This document shows, in pieces, positions 60,831 through 64,000 of a DNA stretch of 64,000 nucleotides. A program made the translations under genes and the position numbers. The notes below the pieces were generated by a model. The model was not told the DNA's origin and ran no database searches. It was given only the letters and a program-made list of their open reading frames with translations. The stretch is from Podarcis pityusensis (Eukaryota): the NCBI GenBank assembly GCA_964106645.2, contig OZ067047.1; one strand, 5' to 3'. The first letter of the stretch is position 1. Each line of letters starts with the position of its first letter.

Positions 60831-60975
60831 CTTCTGAAGTGACTGTTAGTCTGTTGCCTTTCCAAATGTTCAAGTTGATTTTCTTAAGCTGTTTGCAGTT
60901 ACAAAGCTGTTGCAAGGCATTATCTGAAACATCACAGTCCCGAAGGTCGAGTGCCTCTACTGCAGGGTGCAAAAC
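60831..60975 (-). CDS. AMN1: AMN1 exon 3
   Basis: [21 protein letters not shown]...NRLTVTSE; AG/GT, 145 nt. Confidence 0.95.
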
Positions 60976-61079
60976 CTAAAATGAAAATATTTTTGTCAAG
61001 CTCTACGTGGCGCGGCACAGGAATGGGGAACCTTAGGCCTGAGGGCCAAATGTAATCTTCCATTCCTCTTTATCTGGCC

Positions 61080-61510
61080 TGTCAGGGGCTGGTGGTGGTT
61101 GCTCGCGAGTAACCAGGCAGGACTCCAACCTGTCTTTTACAGGTTTTATTGGTCCAACCAAATACAGTGCAGAAACACAAAGTTCATGTCCGTCCTAGTC
61201 GCTTGCAGGTTCCGGGAGTGGCCCCTTCCGGTTTCTCCCCAACATAAGAACTTAGACACCCCAAATCTCTGCCTCCCCTCCTTACGTTTCACCCCTCTGC
61301 GTAAGCTGGGTGACAGAAATGGCGTGTCTGTCTCCTGGCCAGCTGGTAGCATCTTTGAGCCCTCCCCTCGCCTGGCTATCCCCTTCCCCCTCCGCTCCAC
61401 TGGAGGTGTGGCTTTCCCCACCACTAGATGAGGGGCTGCTCCTCAGAAGCCTCGGAGGCTCTCTGTATCCCCCTGCTTCCCTCCCCAGCCCCCATGGCAG
61501 TCCCCTGACA
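61080..61510 (-). mobile_element. Solo LTR (5-bp TSD, Gypsy-like)
   Basis: 9-bp terminal inverted repeat TGTCAGGGG/CCCCTGACA, TSD TGGCC. Confidence 0.82.
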
Positions 61511-63008
61511 TGGCCCTTGGGACTCTACCAATAAATAATAAATTCATTTAATATTCATTAAGATTTTAATGAGCTTTTCTGTCCTTACTCACAAAAGACC
61601 CTGAAGTACTATCTGCAAAATGCATGTTTGTTACCACAGCTTTAACTTTTGCTCTATCACCTCAAATTTCTTTAAAACAATAGCAGATATGCCTTGTCAG
61701 CAACAGATCAGTATTACATCTAATTTATTCCCTCCTGGAAGATCTAGCAGGTATCCCAAGCTTGTCAAGGGGTCAGCAAATAGAATTCTTCTATGGATAA
61801 TAAAATTACTGTGCCCTCTTTCCTTAGGCAAGCGGTTGATCATTTTGCCAGTTTATTTAAGCTTACGGATTTTAATAGCTTTGCCATTAGAAACTGGCCT
61901 GTATATGGAAGATGAGTCATGTTTGGAACAGAACTTTAAACTCGGGCAAAGGTTTCAGCCATGGTTCCCATTTGAGGCTAATGTAACAATTTAGAAGAGG
62001 AGTATACTACGCTGATGGCAAATGTTGCTAGATGCAACTCTACTTCATGATAGATTGTCCCTATCAAATCCAGATTCCTTCATATACTGTATCTGAACAT
62101 TCTTCAAGGTAATATGAGATAATCAAATTCAGCACCAAAGAGAAGAGGAACTAACCTAAATGGCAGAATGGTGCAGGTGTGGATAAATGCAAATGAGAAA
62201 ATGCAAGTTTTTTGTTTTGTTTTTTAAAGAAAAAATGCAAGTTTTGTTGAAAGAGAAATAATAATTAACTCTTCTGATGCTTAAGTTTGTTACTTGTTCC
62301 TAGCTCCTTATCTGTGTAGGAATTTGAAATATAGCTCAATCAGAAAACTAAAAAACAAAACAAAACTTGACATGTCACTGAACTCCAAAGTAAATTTTAG
62401 AATGCCCCATATTATCCCAATGACCTGAAGAATGTCCCTTTCAAGATACACACTACTTTTCTGCAATCAAATTATTTGTGTTTGTTCAATACTCATGAGA
62501 ACATGGTGACCTCAAATGACAACAGCAAATGAAGAACTAGGGGTGTACGATCAATAAGCTTTGGGACATCACAAATCACAGACCCATACATCCAGGACAG
62601 CATCCTCTGGGAACTGACATTAAATCACATCAACTCCACCACTTTATTGGGGCACAAGACACGGTCATATTGTTAAAATATGCAGAAATGAATAATGAAC
62701 TGGGGCACTACACTCCAAAATAATGCCCCACCACAAATCACACAGCCAGGAAATATGGCATTGAATTGCATCCAGCCCAACACTTTCCTGGAGGTCATCT
62801 CATAAAGGACACTGTCACTAATGAACTACATGGCTGAGTCTGGATTAGAACCCTGGTTTCCCAGGTCCTAGAACAACGCTCTATCAAATACACAGCCTTG
62901 GCTTTGACTATGGAAAAGACAGCAGGAATAAATGCAAATATAAATATGTATTGTTTGTAAGTCCCAATGATGACAACGTGGAGAGTTGTGCTCAAAGTGC
63001 CACCTTAC

Positions 63009-63141
63009 CGTATTAATATTTGAATCACTTATCCACCCTTGGACACTCAATGATTTGATCAGTTTATCTTTGATGTTGGGAGGCAAAGGCTTAATATCTT
63101 CCGCATATCTGGATATGTTCCTCGTTAAGCAATGAAGGCTT
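63009..63141 (-). CDS. AMN1: AMN1 exon 2 (exon 1 lies right of the window)
   Basis: [22 protein letters not shown]...; AG/GT, 133 nt; phases of exons 2-7 are consistent. Confidence 0.95.
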
Positions 63142-64000
63142 CTGGAGGGGAGGAGGGGAAAGAACAAAAAGTAGTCATAAGATGACACACTTTCTTGGCA
63201 ACTTGGGAAACAATTATGTAAGCCTGATTTCTTAGACTGTAACAACAGGGACTTCTTTTGGGGGGCGGGGCTATCCAGCACCTAGTACAAAATTAGGTAA
63301 TGGGGGAAAAAAAAAGATGTACACCAGAGGCAGGGGACCTATGTCCTTCCAGGTATTGTTGTATTCCCATCACTCCTGTCTATTGACTGTGATGGTTGGG
63401 GCTGGTGGGAATCCAACATGTTGAAGTCCACCTGACATACACAAACAAGTGGAAAAGATATTCACAAAGTTTACTCATATCAAAAAACATTTAACACAAC
63501 TTTAAATGAGTTCTAATCACAAATATATGTATATTCAGTTCTGAATGGCTTGGAGCAAGCGTGCAGAACCTTTGTTGCTGAACTACAGCTCCCATCAGCT
63601 ACAGGAAGCATGGCCCATGGCCAGGGCTGATGGTAGTTGAAGTTAAGCAACATCTGGAAGATCAAAGATTCTAAGGTTCCCCACATTAAGCTTAATTATT
63701 ATTGAGACATTTAGTTTTAAACCGCACTTTGGGAACTTTGAGGTTCCTCAGATGCTCATCAAGGGCTTCTGAGTGAAAATGATCATTGGCTGAAAGGCAG
63801 TTTGCTCAATGTGACTGAATTCCCCTACAACGTGTAGCCAGAGTTAGAGAAATCAATAAATTATGACTTCAGGATTAAGGATAATGAACTTTGCTCTGAT
63901 CAACAATAAGAGTGAAGGTGACATGGAATAAGGGTGAGGGTGACATTGCTGATTCACATACTGCTTTAGTCACAAGAACAAAGTCGCGCAAAAATGTTGT

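Overview
Vertebrate genomic DNA, most likely a lacertid lizard (Sauria/POM-type SINEs, squamate L1/CR1/Penelope/RTEX repeats). Three host genes lie in the human 12p11.21 order: DENND5B exon 1 (-, CpG island), ETFBKMT/METTL20 (+, all three coding exons) and AMN1 exons 2-7 (-). The DENND5B-ETFBKMT interval holds a very young 7.9-kb class I endogenous retrovirus (14917-22784, -) resembling HERV-I/ERV3. Its LTRs differ at only 2 positions; it has a tRNA-Lys PBS, intact gag, amber-readthrough pol with two lesions, and an env lacking TM. The most notable signal is a 74-aa cysteine-rich ORF that fills the pol-env gap and carries lentiviral Tat-like CxxCxCK and CCxHCxxC motifs. A 14-bp hairpin sits at the predicted cap site of the LTR R region. 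Together these suggest a Tat/TAR-like accessory system in a 'simple' retrovirus lineage (inference). Also present: a full-length RTEX-like LINE whose ORF1 and ORF2 are in one frame separated by a single UGA, a Penelope hammerhead ribozyme in sense within an AMN1 intron, deep TE nests, and many solo LTRs and MITEs with resolvable target-site duplications (TSDs). All coordinates were read by hand; no database searches were run.
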